Positions 7,274 through 14,928 of a stretch of 29,071 bases of DNA are shown here, piece by piece. The stretch covers positions 1 to 29,071 of the forward strand of contig CAZRGD010000001.1 of assembly GCA_964599505.1 (NCBI GenBank). The letters are read 5' to 3'. Below the pieces are notes generated by a model that had not been told where the DNA came from, did not search any database, and saw nothing but the letters and a program-made list of their open reading frames with translations. The translations under genes and the position numbers were made by a program. Within the stretch, counting starts at the first letter, position 1. Each line of letters begins with the position of its first letter. Origin of the DNA: an uncultured Nitrospirota bacterium. Its GTDB lineage: Bacteria; CG2-30-53-67; CG2-30-70-394.

Positions 7274-8083
7274 GTGAAACCATCGAAGGATCGGCTGCCC
7301 CCTGACGCCGGCCACGTCGGTACGGTCTATCTGGTTGGTGCGGGTCCGGGCGATCCTGAGCTCCTCACCCTGCGCGGCGCGAAGCTCCTCGCCGAGGCGG
7401 AGGTGGTCGTCTATGACGCCCTCGTGCACGAGGAGATGTTGCGCCTCGCACACCCTCATGCAGACCTGGTCTTCATGGGGAAGCGGGCCGGGTGCAAGTC
7501 GCCGACCCAACCGGAGATCAACGAGCGGCTGATCTCCCTCGGTCGCTCCGGTAAGATGGTGGTTCGCCTCAAGGGGGGGGATCCCTTCGTTTTCGGCCGC
7601 GGTGGTGAGGAGGTGACCGCCTTGTCCGCGGCGGGGATCCCGTGTGTGGTGATCCCAGGGGTCACGGCTGGGGTCGCGGTGCCGGCATCTCTCGGGATTC
7701 CGGTTACCCATCGCGGTACTGCAGGCTCGGTCGCATTCGTCACCGGCCACCCGGGCAAGGGGCTCCCCGATCCGGTGGCGTGGGGCAAGATTGTTCACGC
7801 CGTGGATACGCTGGTGGTCTATATGGGGATGACGCGCCTGCGCGACATCGTCGCGGCGATGCTCGAGGGAGGGGCGGATCCCGAGACGCCGGCAGCGGTG
7901 ATCGCCCATGGCACCACGGGCGCGCAGCGCCACGTGATTGCTCCCCTGGCGGAGCTGGCGGAGGCGGTGGAGCGCAAGGCGATCCCCACGCCGGCGATCA
8001 TCATCATTGGCAAGGTGGTGGCGGAGCGGGAGACCTTCACTACCCTCGCAACGGTCGCCCTACCCACCGGCGTGCTCGGTTGA
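7274..8083 (+). CDS. cobA: Uroporphyrinogen-III C-methyltransferase (CobA/SirA)
   Basis: VYLVGAGPGDPELLT, RLKGGDPFVFGRGGEE, PGVTA, VVYMG. Confidence 0.95.
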   Translation: MKPSKDRLPPDAGHVGTVYLVGAGPGDPELLTLRGAKLLAEAEVVVYDALVHEEMLRLAHPHADLVFMGKRAGCKSPTQPEINERLISLGRSGKMVVRLKGGDPFVFGRGGEEVTALSAAGIPCVVIPGVTAGVAVPASLGIPVTHRGTAGSVAFVTGHPGKGLPDPVAWGKIVHAVDTLVVYMGMTRLRDIVAAMLEGGADPETPAAVIAHGTTGAQRHVIAPLAELAEAVERKAIPTPAIIIIGKVVAERETFTTLATVALPTGVLG

Positions 8084-8186
8084 GCGGGGCGGGATAGAGT
8101 CTCCCTCCGCCACGTTCGGCGCTTCCCTCGTGCGGGAGGTGAAAGGGGGGGGATAATCTTGAAATTCGGAGGTCTGTAGCGACGCC

Positions 8187-9188
8187 ATGGATAGGACCAC
8201 GCGTGCCTTCATCTACTGCTCCCTCACCTACCTCGTTCTCGGTGTGGTTCTCGGTGGGGCCATGGGCGCGGACCCCGAGGGATGGATGGCCTATCGGTTT
8301 GTCCACGTCCATTTTCTCCTCCTCGGCTTCATGGGGATGATGGTCTATGGCGTTGCGTACTTCATCCTGCCGCGCTTCAACGCCGTCCCCCTCGCCTGGC
8401 CGCGTCTCGTTCCTTTTCATCTGTGGACGGCGAATGTGGGGTTGGTGGGGATGTGTCTGTCGCGTGATGGCCTCGTCTTGCCGGAGCCTTGGGTCGCCCC
8501 CTTTCCCGCCCTGGAGATTTTTTCGGTCTTTCTCTTCGTGGCCAACCTCGGTGTCACCCTACGGCGCGGCACGATCCGTACCCGAGGCCCGGTGGCGTCC
8601 CCGGCGGAAGGTGGCGGAGGAGAGGCCACCGCGGGAGCGCCACCGTCGGCATCCTCGGAGCAGCCGCTCTCTCCGCGTGATCGTTTCACCTTTACCCTTG
8701 ATACGCCGGTGATGGAGCTCCTCGATCGTCTCCCCGGGGCGGCGGAGCAGCTCACCCGTCGGGGGGTTGCCGGGCTCGATGATCCGGCGAACCTCGCCCA
8801 CCTCAGCCGCTTCAAGGTGACCGTGGGGCGGCTGGCGGAGAACCATGGGATCGATGGCCGGGCGCTGCTCGCCGGGCTCAATCGTGGTGCGGCTCCGCCT
8901 GCCGGTCCGCCGGCGCGGCCGCACGCCTCGCCGCTGAAGCTTTCCCTGGCCACCGAGGGCGGAGCGTCGGCCTCCGGGCCGGTGACGGCCGAGTCGATCA
9001 TCGGCGAGGTGATCGATCGCTACCCCGAGGCGAGGGCGGTCTTCGAGCGGCGGTTCGGCTCGGGCTGCTTCACCTGCCCCGGTCAGGCGACCGAGTCGGT
9101 GGCCCAGGCGGCGATGATGCACGGGATGGAGGCGGAGACCCTGGCGGCGGAGATCAACACGGAGATTCAGGAGAAGAGTGATGGATGA
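8187..9188 (+). CDS. Membrane protein: heme-copper oxidase subunit I-like helical segment fused to two DUF1858-like domains
   Basis: About four TM helices with VHVHFLLLGF...GVAYFILPRF, resembling the helix X-XI region of CcoN. C-terminal IIGEVIDRYPEARAVF...GCFTCPGQATESVAQAAMMHG (DUF1858-like, CxxC). A middle Cys-less copy (FTLDTPVMELL...HGID). Confidence 0.65.
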   Translation: MDRTTRAFIYCSLTYLVLGVVLGGAMGADPEGWMAYRFVHVHFLLLGFMGMMVYGVAYFILPRFNAVPLAWPRLVPFHLWTANVGLVGMCLSRDGLVLPEPWVAPFPALEIFSVFLFVANLGVTLRRGTIRTRGPVASPAEGGGGEATAGAPPSASSEQPLSPRDRFTFTLDTPVMELLDRLPGAAEQLTRRGVAGLDDPANLAHLSRFKVTVGRLAENHGIDGRALLAGLNRGAAPPAGPPARPHASPLKLSLATEGGASASGPVTAESIIGEVIDRYPEARAVFERRFGSGCFTCPGQATESVAQAAMMHGMEAETLAAEINTEIQEKSDG

Positions 9189-10086
9189 CACCCCATGGCC
9201 TTCGCCGCCCGCCGACGGTCCATTCAGCCTCTTGGATCGGGACGGTTACGGGCGCTGGTGTGACGCCAAGCTGGAGACGGCCCCGACGCGGATCGAGGAG
9301 CTGGTGGTGGAGGTGGTCGACCCGCGTAATCTCCGCGAGGCGGAGCACGCGGCGCTCCTGGATCGCTGCCGGCGCGCCAACATGGCGATCTACGTGAGCC
9401 CCACCGGGGGCGACGCGGACACCTCCATCCCGGTGGAGCTCGGTCGTCGTTTTGGCCTCACCCACCTCGACCACAACCCGGGGGCGGACGACGCCGGGAT
9501 CACGGCGATCACGGTGGTGGACGGCAGCGGCTACATCCCCTACTCCAATCGCCCCATCTCCTGGCACACGGATGGCTACTATAACCGGTCCGATCGGCAG
9601 ATTCGTGGCCTCCTCCTCCACTGCGTCGACCAGTCTGCGGACGGTGGTGAGAGTGGCCTGATCGACTACGAGCTCCTCTACATCGCCATGCGCGACGCCC
9701 ACTCGGAGTACGTCGAGGCGCTCATGGCGCCCGACGTGATGACCATCCCGGGGAATATGGAGGATCCGCGGGTGATGCGACCGGACCGGAGTGGCCCGGT
9801 ATTCTGGGTCGATCCGGAGACGGGGACGCTACAGATGCGCTACACCGCACGCCGGCGCAACATCTGCTGGAAGGATGCGCCGCTCGTGGCGGAGGCGGTG
9901 GCGTGGATCCGGGACTGGTGCACGACCGGGCCGCACTGCCTCCGCGGGACGCTCCTGCCCGGGTGGGGGCTCCTGTGTAACAACGTCCTCCACGACCGCA
10001 CCGGCTTCGTCGATCAGGCGGAGCAACGTCCCCGTCTCCTCTACCGAGGTCGTTACTACGACCGGATCGCCGGGACCGGCCGCTGA
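9181..10086 (+). CDS. TauD/TfdA-family Fe(II)/2-oxoglutarate dioxygenase-like protein
   Basis: WHTDG (HxD), LHCV, DGGES and distal NNVLHDRTGF (His, Arg); overlaps the upstream stop by 8 nt. Confidence 0.85.
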   Translation: MDDTPWPSPPADGPFSLLDRDGYGRWCDAKLETAPTRIEELVVEVVDPRNLREAEHAALLDRCRRANMAIYVSPTGGDADTSIPVELGRRFGLTHLDHNPGADDAGITAITVVDGSGYIPYSNRPISWHTDGYYNRSDRQIRGLLLHCVDQSADGGESGLIDYELLYIAMRDAHSEYVEALMAPDVMTIPGNMEDPRVMRPDRSGPVFWVDPETGTLQMRYTARRRNICWKDAPLVAEAVAWIRDWCTTGPHCLRGTLLPGWGLLCNNVLHDRTGFVDQAEQRPRLLYRGRYYDRIAGTGR

Positions 10087-10189
10087 TCGTGGCGGTCGGC
10101 GGTGTGGCTTGGTCTCGGCGTCGGGGGTAGGCGCCACCGTCGGTGACCGTGGGGCAGCAAGGGTTGCCGCCTCGTACCCTGTCTTTTGG

Positions 10190-10975
10190 TTACGCCGTGG
10201 CCACCATCGCCGGGTTGAGGGTGAGGACGGTGCCGGGGGCCACCCGCGGCAGGTTGAGGCGCAGGGCAGAGAGGAAGGGGGTGGCGAGGTCGTCGCGCCC
10301 GCCGAGGCGGTAGATGACAGCACGTCCCTGGGCCGATCGGCCGAGGAGCCGGTCATAGACGATCGCCTCGATGGTCGCAGGGGGGAGGAGGGCGGGGTGG
10401 TGGATCACCGCGCGCAGCTCCCGCGCGCCATGCCGTTCCACCAGCCCGCGTGTTCCGAAAGGCGCATGGCCGACGGTGTCGAGGTGGCTGGGATCCGCCT
10501 GGATCAGGGCGAAGGAGAGGATCTCCCCGGGTGCCAGGTTGTCCGCCATCGCCTGGAAACCGGCCATTCGCTCGGGGGTGGTGAAAGGGCTTTTGGACCC
10601 GTCGTTCGCCCTGCGCTCGTTCGCCGATGCAGGTCGCGCTGACCCGCCGTCCCACCGTTGCTGTCGTTCCAGCGGCAGGAATGTCTGGTAGTAGCGCGCC
10701 CGCAGGGCGAGGACCGTAGACTCGCGGTGGGGTGCGGTCTCGGTAAGGCGGCAGTAGCGCGGTCCGCGCAGGACCTGCTCTACCTTCTCGATCTCCTGGA
10801 AGCGGGCGAGGGCACGTTGGTACCACTGGCGGGCTTGGCGTCCCAGGGTCGCCTCCTCGCGCTCTACCGCGTGTTGGCAGGCCGACTCGAACTCCTCCAC
10901 CTCACCGTTGAGAATGGAGAGGTTACGCTCGATGGAGCGTTCAAGGCGTTCGACGTAGTTGGTGAGTACCGACAT
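10190..10975 (-). CDS. Hypothetical protein: N-terminal coiled coil, possible highly degenerate GGDEF-like C-terminus
   Basis: Helical N-terminus (VERLERSIERNL...), then LSFALIQAD, DTVGHA, YRLGGRDD. Start could instead be GTG 11074. Confidence 0.6.
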   Translation of the reverse strand: MSVLTNYVERLERSIERNLSILNGEVEEFESACQHAVEREEATLGRQARQWYQRALARFQEIEKVEQVLRGPRYCRLTETAPHRESTVLALRARYYQTFLPLERQQRWDGGSARPASANERRANDGSKSPFTTPERMAGFQAMADNLAPGEILSFALIQADPSHLDTVGHAPFGTRGLVERHGARELRAVIHHPALLPPATIEAIVYDRLLGRSAQGRAVIYRLGGRDDLATPFLSALRLNLPRVAPGTVLTLNPAMVATA

Positions 10976-11112
10976 GGCCGCCTGGCGAATGATCTGGTGG
11001 GGACGACCGGCAGGTGTCGCCATCCAACGACATCTGCCGAGGGGCCCGCGGGATGTAACCCATTGGGGCTTCACGTCCCGCCGCCTTGTTGTCCCGGTTA
11101 TACCGGTCCAGA

Positions 11113-11154
11113 TGCAACCCGTGTGCCAGTGTCCGCAACCCGCGTGCCAGCGTC
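11113..11154 (-). promoter_or_regulatory. Tandem sigma54 -24/-12 sites (20-bp direct repeat, period 21)
   Basis: Minus strand: TGGCAC-GCGGG-TTGC (11149-11135) and TGGCAC-ACGGG-TTGCA (11128-11113); repeat units 11114-11133 and 11135-11154 are 18/20 identical. Confidence 0.75.
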
Positions 11155-11203
11155 GGTCCGGCCTCGCGGCTATTTTCAGCGGCCCACCCCGCCGCGGCGC
11201 GAT

Positions 11204-11641
11204 CTACTGCGTCCGGCGTTCGAGCGCCTCGCAGTAGGCGAGGGTCCGCTCAAGGCCGCCCGGGAGGCCGGCGACCTCCAGGAGCGCCTCGACTCGCTGG
11301 AGGAGGGAGAGCTTGTTCACCGGCTTGGTGAGAAAGTCGTCCACCCCCAGGTTCACCGCCCGCTCGCGGTCACCGGCGTCGTCGTAGGCGGTGAGCATGA
11401 TGACCGGTGGAACGTCCTCCGTACCGTGGATCGCTCGCAGGAGCTGGTAGCCGTCCATTCCGGGCATCCGGCCGTCGACAATCAGCAGGTCCAGGGGGGA
11501 GCCCGCCAAACGAATCAGCGCGGTATCGCCGCTGTCGGCGGTCTCCACCTGGTACCCGGCGCGGCCGAGGTAGGCGGCAAGCAGGGCCGCGTTCGCCTGG
11601 TTGTCCTCGACTACGAGGATGTGCTGGTCGGCCGGATCCAT
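11204..11641 (-). CDS. Single-domain response regulator (receiver)
   Basis: ILVVEDN, LIVDGRMPGMDG (phospho-Asp), IMLTA, FLTKP; AGGAG RBS before ATG 11641. Confidence 0.92.
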   Translation of the reverse strand: MDPADQHILVVEDNQANAALLAAYLGRAGYQVETADSGDTALIRLAGSPLDLLIVDGRMPGMDGYQLLRAIHGTEDVPPVIMLTAYDDAGDRERAVNLGVDDFLTKPVNKLSLLQRVEALLEVAGLPGGLERTLAYCEALERRTQ

Positions 11642-11762
11642 CACCCGTCTCCTCTCCATGCCGCGGAGACACCCTTGCCGCGGTTCCCCACCTCATCGGC
11701 GATTTGGAGCGGTGGCTTACCGCTAACCGACGATACCCGTAGCTCAGGTGGATGGCCCGATG

Positions 11763-11849
11763 GGAACACGAAGTCACGAAAGGGGGAAAACACGAAAAGC
11801 CTTGATGGAGCTTTTTCGTGCTTTTCAAGATTTCGTGTTTTCGTGTTCC
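11763..11849. repeat. CACGAA/TTCGTG palindromic intergenic element
   Basis: CACGAA at 11767, 11775, 11791; TTCGTG at 11815, 11832, 11840; outer arms GGAACACGAA / TTCGTGTTCC are perfect inverted repeats. Confidence 0.8.
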
Positions 11850-11906
11850 TGTTTTGCCGGGTTCCTTGAGCTTTGCTGAGGCGGGTACCGCCAAGAGAGG
11901 GAGGCG

Positions 11907-12611
11907 CTATTGAGGGCGCGCGGCACGCTCGGCATGGCCCGAGGTGCCGAAGCGGCGAACGAGCTCCTCCAGCACCGCCTCGGGGGCGACGTCGCGGCTG
12001 GCGAGGGCGACGACCATGTGAAAGAGGAGATCGGCCGCCTCGTGGACCACGGCGGCGTCGTCCTCACCGGCAACGGCCGCGGCGAGCTCCCCAGCCTCCT
12101 CGGTGAGCTTCGCACCGATGTGCTCCGCGCCTCCGGCAAGGAGCTCGGCAACGTACGAGGTCTCGGGATCGCCACCGCGCCGCTGGCCGGCGACCTGCGC
12201 CAGGGCGGGGAGGATGTTGGCGGTGGTGGGGGCGCCGGCGTAGACCGCCTCCGGGTCGAAGAGCGCCTCGCCCACCTCGTGCGCGGTGTCGCCGTCGACC
12301 TGATTGAAGAAGCAGCTCCGCCTTCCCGTGTGGCAGGCGGCGACCGCCTGGTCGACCTGAAAGAGGAGGGTGTCGGCGTCGCAGTCGTAGGCGATCTTGC
12401 GCACCGTCTGCAGGTGGCCCGACGACTCCCCCTTCTTCCACATCTGCTGGCGCGAGCGAGAGAAGTAGTGGGCAAAGCCGCTCTCCTGGGTCAGGCGCAC
12501 CGCCTCGCGGTTGCAGTAGGCGAGCATCAGGACCTCGCCGGTGGCGGCGTCCTGGGCGATCGCCGGCAGGAGACCGCGGTCGTCGTACTTCAAATCATCG
12601 ATCCAACTCAT
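11907..12611 (-). CDS. hisIE: Bifunctional phosphoribosyl-AMP cyclohydrolase / phosphoribosyl-ATP pyrophosphatase
   Basis: [43 protein letters not shown]. Confidence 0.96.
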   Translation of the reverse strand: MSWIDDLKYDDRGLLPAIAQDAATGEVLMLAYCNREAVRLTQESGFAHYFSRSRQQMWKKGESSGHLQTVRKIAYDCDADTLLFQVDQAVAACHTGRRSCFFNQVDGDTAHEVGEALFDPEAVYAGAPTTANILPALAQVAGQRRGGDPETSYVAELLAGGAEHIGAKLTEEAGELAAAVAGEDDAAVVHEAADLLFHMVVALASRDVAPEAVLEELVRRFGTSGHAERAARPQ

Positions 12612-13384
12612 GACACGCCCTCCAGGCGCACCGCGACACCCCGCTCGGCGAGGTACTGCTTTGCCTCGCCGATGGTGTGCTCGCGGTAGTGAAAGATGGA
12701 GGCGGCGAGGACCGCATCGGCGTTGCCGTCCACCAGGCCGCTGTACAGGTGTTCCAGGGTGCCGGCGCCGCCGGAGGCGATCAGCGGCACCCGGGCACGG
12801 TTGGCGATGGCACGGTTGAGGTCATTGTCGTAGCCAATCTTCGTTCCGTCACGGTCCATGCTGGTGACCAGGAACTCCCCGGCTCCGTACTCCTCCATCC
12901 GCTCCGCCCACGCCAGGGCGTCGAGCCCCGTGGGGCGGCGACCCCCGTGGGTGTAGATCTCCCACCGTAGGGGCGCCTCGTCTACCCGTTTGGCGTCGAT
13001 CGCCACCACGATGCACTGGGCTCCGAACCGCTCCGCCGCCTCGCGGATCAGCTCCGGTCGCTTGACCGCCGCGGAGTTGATCGACACCTTGTCGGCGCCG
13101 GCGTTCAGCAGCGCCCGGATGTCCTCCACCGTGCGGATGCCGCCGCCGACGGTGAGCGGCATGAAGACCCGCTCGGCGGTCGCCTCGACGATCTCGTAGA
13201 TCGTGTCGCGCCCCTCGTGGGTGGCGGTGATGTCGAGGAAGCAGAGCTCGTCGGCGCCCTCGGCGTCGTATCGCTGGGCCACCTCCACCGGGTCGCCGGC
13301 GTCTCGGAGATCGACGAAGTTGACCCCCTTCACGACCCGCCCGCCGGCGACGTCGAGACACGGGATGATGCGCTTCTTGATCAT
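12608..13384 (-). CDS. hisF: Imidazole glycerol phosphate synthase cyclase subunit
   Basis: [39 protein letters not shown]. Confidence 0.97.
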   Translation of the reverse strand: MIKKRIIPCLDVAGGRVVKGVNFVDLRDAGDPVEVAQRYDAEGADELCFLDITATHEGRDTIYEIVEATAERVFMPLTVGGGIRTVEDIRALLNAGADKVSINSAAVKRPELIREAAERFGAQCIVVAIDAKRVDEAPLRWEIYTHGGRRPTGLDALAWAERMEEYGAGEFLVTSMDRDGTKIGYDNDLNRAIANRARVPLIASGGAGTLEHLYSGLVDGNADAVLAASIFHYREHTIGEAKQYLAERGVAVRLEGVS

Positions 13385-13387
13385 CGC

Positions 13388-14119
13388 CTACCCCTCCCCG
13401 CCGCACGCCGCCAGCGCCTCGGCGAGGTCGAGGGCGCCGTCGTAGAGCGCCCGGCCGGAGATCATCCCGGTCACCCCCACCTTTTTTAGGGCGCAGATAG
13501 CGTGCACGTCGTCGAGGGAGGCGATGCCGCCGGAGGCGATCACTGGAACCGAGGTGGCGTCGGCGAAGGCGCGGGTCGCCTCCACGTTGTGGCCCTGCAT
13601 CATCCCGTCGCGGCTGATGTCGGTGTAGATGAAGCAGCTCACCCCGGCGTCGGCGAGCTGGGCAGCGAGGTCGATGGCGGCGAGGTCCAGCACCTCTACC
13701 CAACCACGCACCGCCACCATCCCGTCGGCGGCGTCGATCCCCACCGCGATCTGGCCGGGGAAGGCGGTGCATGCCCTGCGCACCAGGTCCGGATCACGCG
13801 CCGCGGCGGTGCCGAGGATCACCCGGTCGAGGCCAAGGGTGAGATACGCCTCGATCCGGTCGAGGTCGCGGATGCCGCCGCCGAGCTCCGCCGGGATGTC
13901 GATGACCGAGAGGATCGAGCGCACCGCCTCCAGGTTGCGCGGGCTCCCCTCGATGGCGCCGTCGAGGTCCACCAGGTGGAGATAGGGGGCGCCGCCCGCC
14001 TGCCACGCCGTCGCCTGGGCGGCGGGGTCTTCACCAAAGACGGTCGCGTCCTCCATGCGCCCCTGGCGCAGGCGGACGCAGCGGCCCTCTTTCAGGTCGA
14101 TTGCGGGGAGAAAAAGCAT
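13388..14119 (-). CDS. hisA: ProFAR isomerase
   Basis: [46 protein letters not shown]. Confidence 0.96.
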   Translation of the reverse strand: MLFLPAIDLKEGRCVRLRQGRMEDATVFGEDPAAQATAWQAGGAPYLHLVDLDGAIEGSPRNLEAVRSILSVIDIPAELGGGIRDLDRIEAYLTLGLDRVILGTAAARDPDLVRRACTAFPGQIAVGIDAADGMVAVRGWVEVLDLAAIDLAAQLADAGVSCFIYTDISRDGMMQGHNVEATRAFADATSVPVIASGGIASLDDVHAICALKKVGVTGMISGRALYDGALDLAEALAACGGEG

Positions 14120-14325
14120 GGTCGTAGGGGCTCCTGGAGCGGGGCGGAAGGGTAGCAGCTACGCCGCCCTCGCCCCAGGGGGACGGTGCGATGGGTGGTG
14201 ATCGTCTCATCTTGATACGCGCCGTTTGCGGCGACTGTCTCAGATTGGAGCGGCTCATAAGGGAGTCGCCAAATGATATTGTTGTTTTTCAATGAGTTGG
14301 CGTGAATTGTCTCCCGAGTGGGACC

Positions 14326-14341
14326 TGGCACACGGATTGAT
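14326..14341 (+). promoter_or_regulatory. Sigma54-like motif upstream of the 92-aa ORF
   Basis: TGGCAC-ACGGA-TTGAT: perfect -24 element, -12 has GA instead of GC; CTGGCACACGG is identical to the site at 11129-11119. Confidence 0.45.
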
Positions 14342-14425
14342 AGAGGGGGGGGTAGGAAGCGTGCAGGAGTCGAGTGGGCTCCTATTTGAAGAATCTAAGG
14401 TGCAAGCCCCCCCACGGAGTCGATC

Positions 14426-14704
14426 ATGGAATCCCAGAACAACGCCCCCGAACCCGAGAAGAACGATTCGTTCAGTGAGCGGCTGACCGCCCTGCGCGAG
14501 GAGATCGCCATCCTCCCCGACGACAAGCGTGGTGAGTTGGAAGAGCTCGCCGACGCCACCGAGCGGCTCCACCAGCAGATGCGCAAGGCGACGACTCAGG
14601 CCCTGGCGCAGCTCGGTAACCTACAGCTCGGGATCAAGTACCTCCTCTTTGACCTGGAGGCGACCAAGCGGGAGAACGACGAGCTGCGTGGATCCAAGAA
14701 GTAG
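14426..14704 (+). CDS. Small coiled-coil hypothetical protein (92 aa)
   Basis: GGAG RBS, helical amphipathic sequence, C-terminal LGIKYLLFDLEATKREN. Confidence 0.8.
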   Translation: MESQNNAPEPEKNDSFSERLTALREEIAILPDDKRGELEELADATERLHQQMRKATTQALAQLGNLQLGIKYLLFDLEATKRENDELRGSKK

Positions 14705-14709
14705 GTTGC

Positions 14710-14871
14710 CTAGCGGCGATCGCGGCGTAGGGCGCCCACGAGCCGCAGATTGGGCTGGTGGACGATTCGCTCGACGATTGCGGTGAGCAACCGTTCGTCA
14801 TCGGTGAATCGCGACACGGCGGCGACCAACTCCAGCAAGGTGACTTCGATCCTTCTCTTCGTGGCAACCAT
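14710..14871 (-). CDS. Small hypothetical protein (53 aa), below the ORF-track cutoff
   Basis: MVATKRRIEVTLLELVAAVSRFTDDERLLTAIVERIVHQPNLRLVGALRRDRR; AGGTGG RBS; stop 5 nt from the convergent neighbour's stop. Confidence 0.65.
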   Translation of the reverse strand: MVATKRRIEVTLLELVAAVSRFTDDERLLTAIVERIVHQPNLRLVGALRRDRR

Positions 14872-14928
14872 GGCACCACCTACCGATTGGTTGACTCCCT
14901 GACCCCCTTTTCGTATCCGAAAGCGCCC

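Noticed and set aside
11114-11154. CRISPR-like reading of this and the other repeats
   Set aside because: No series of repeats separated by unique 25-45 nt spacers and no cas genes; the units are tandem or inverted.
14141-14176. GC-rich hairpin upstream of hisA (GGGGCG...GTAGC-A-GCTAC...CGCCCC) as a his attenuator
   Set aside because: No His-codon leader peptide or U-tract seen; the stem is irregular.
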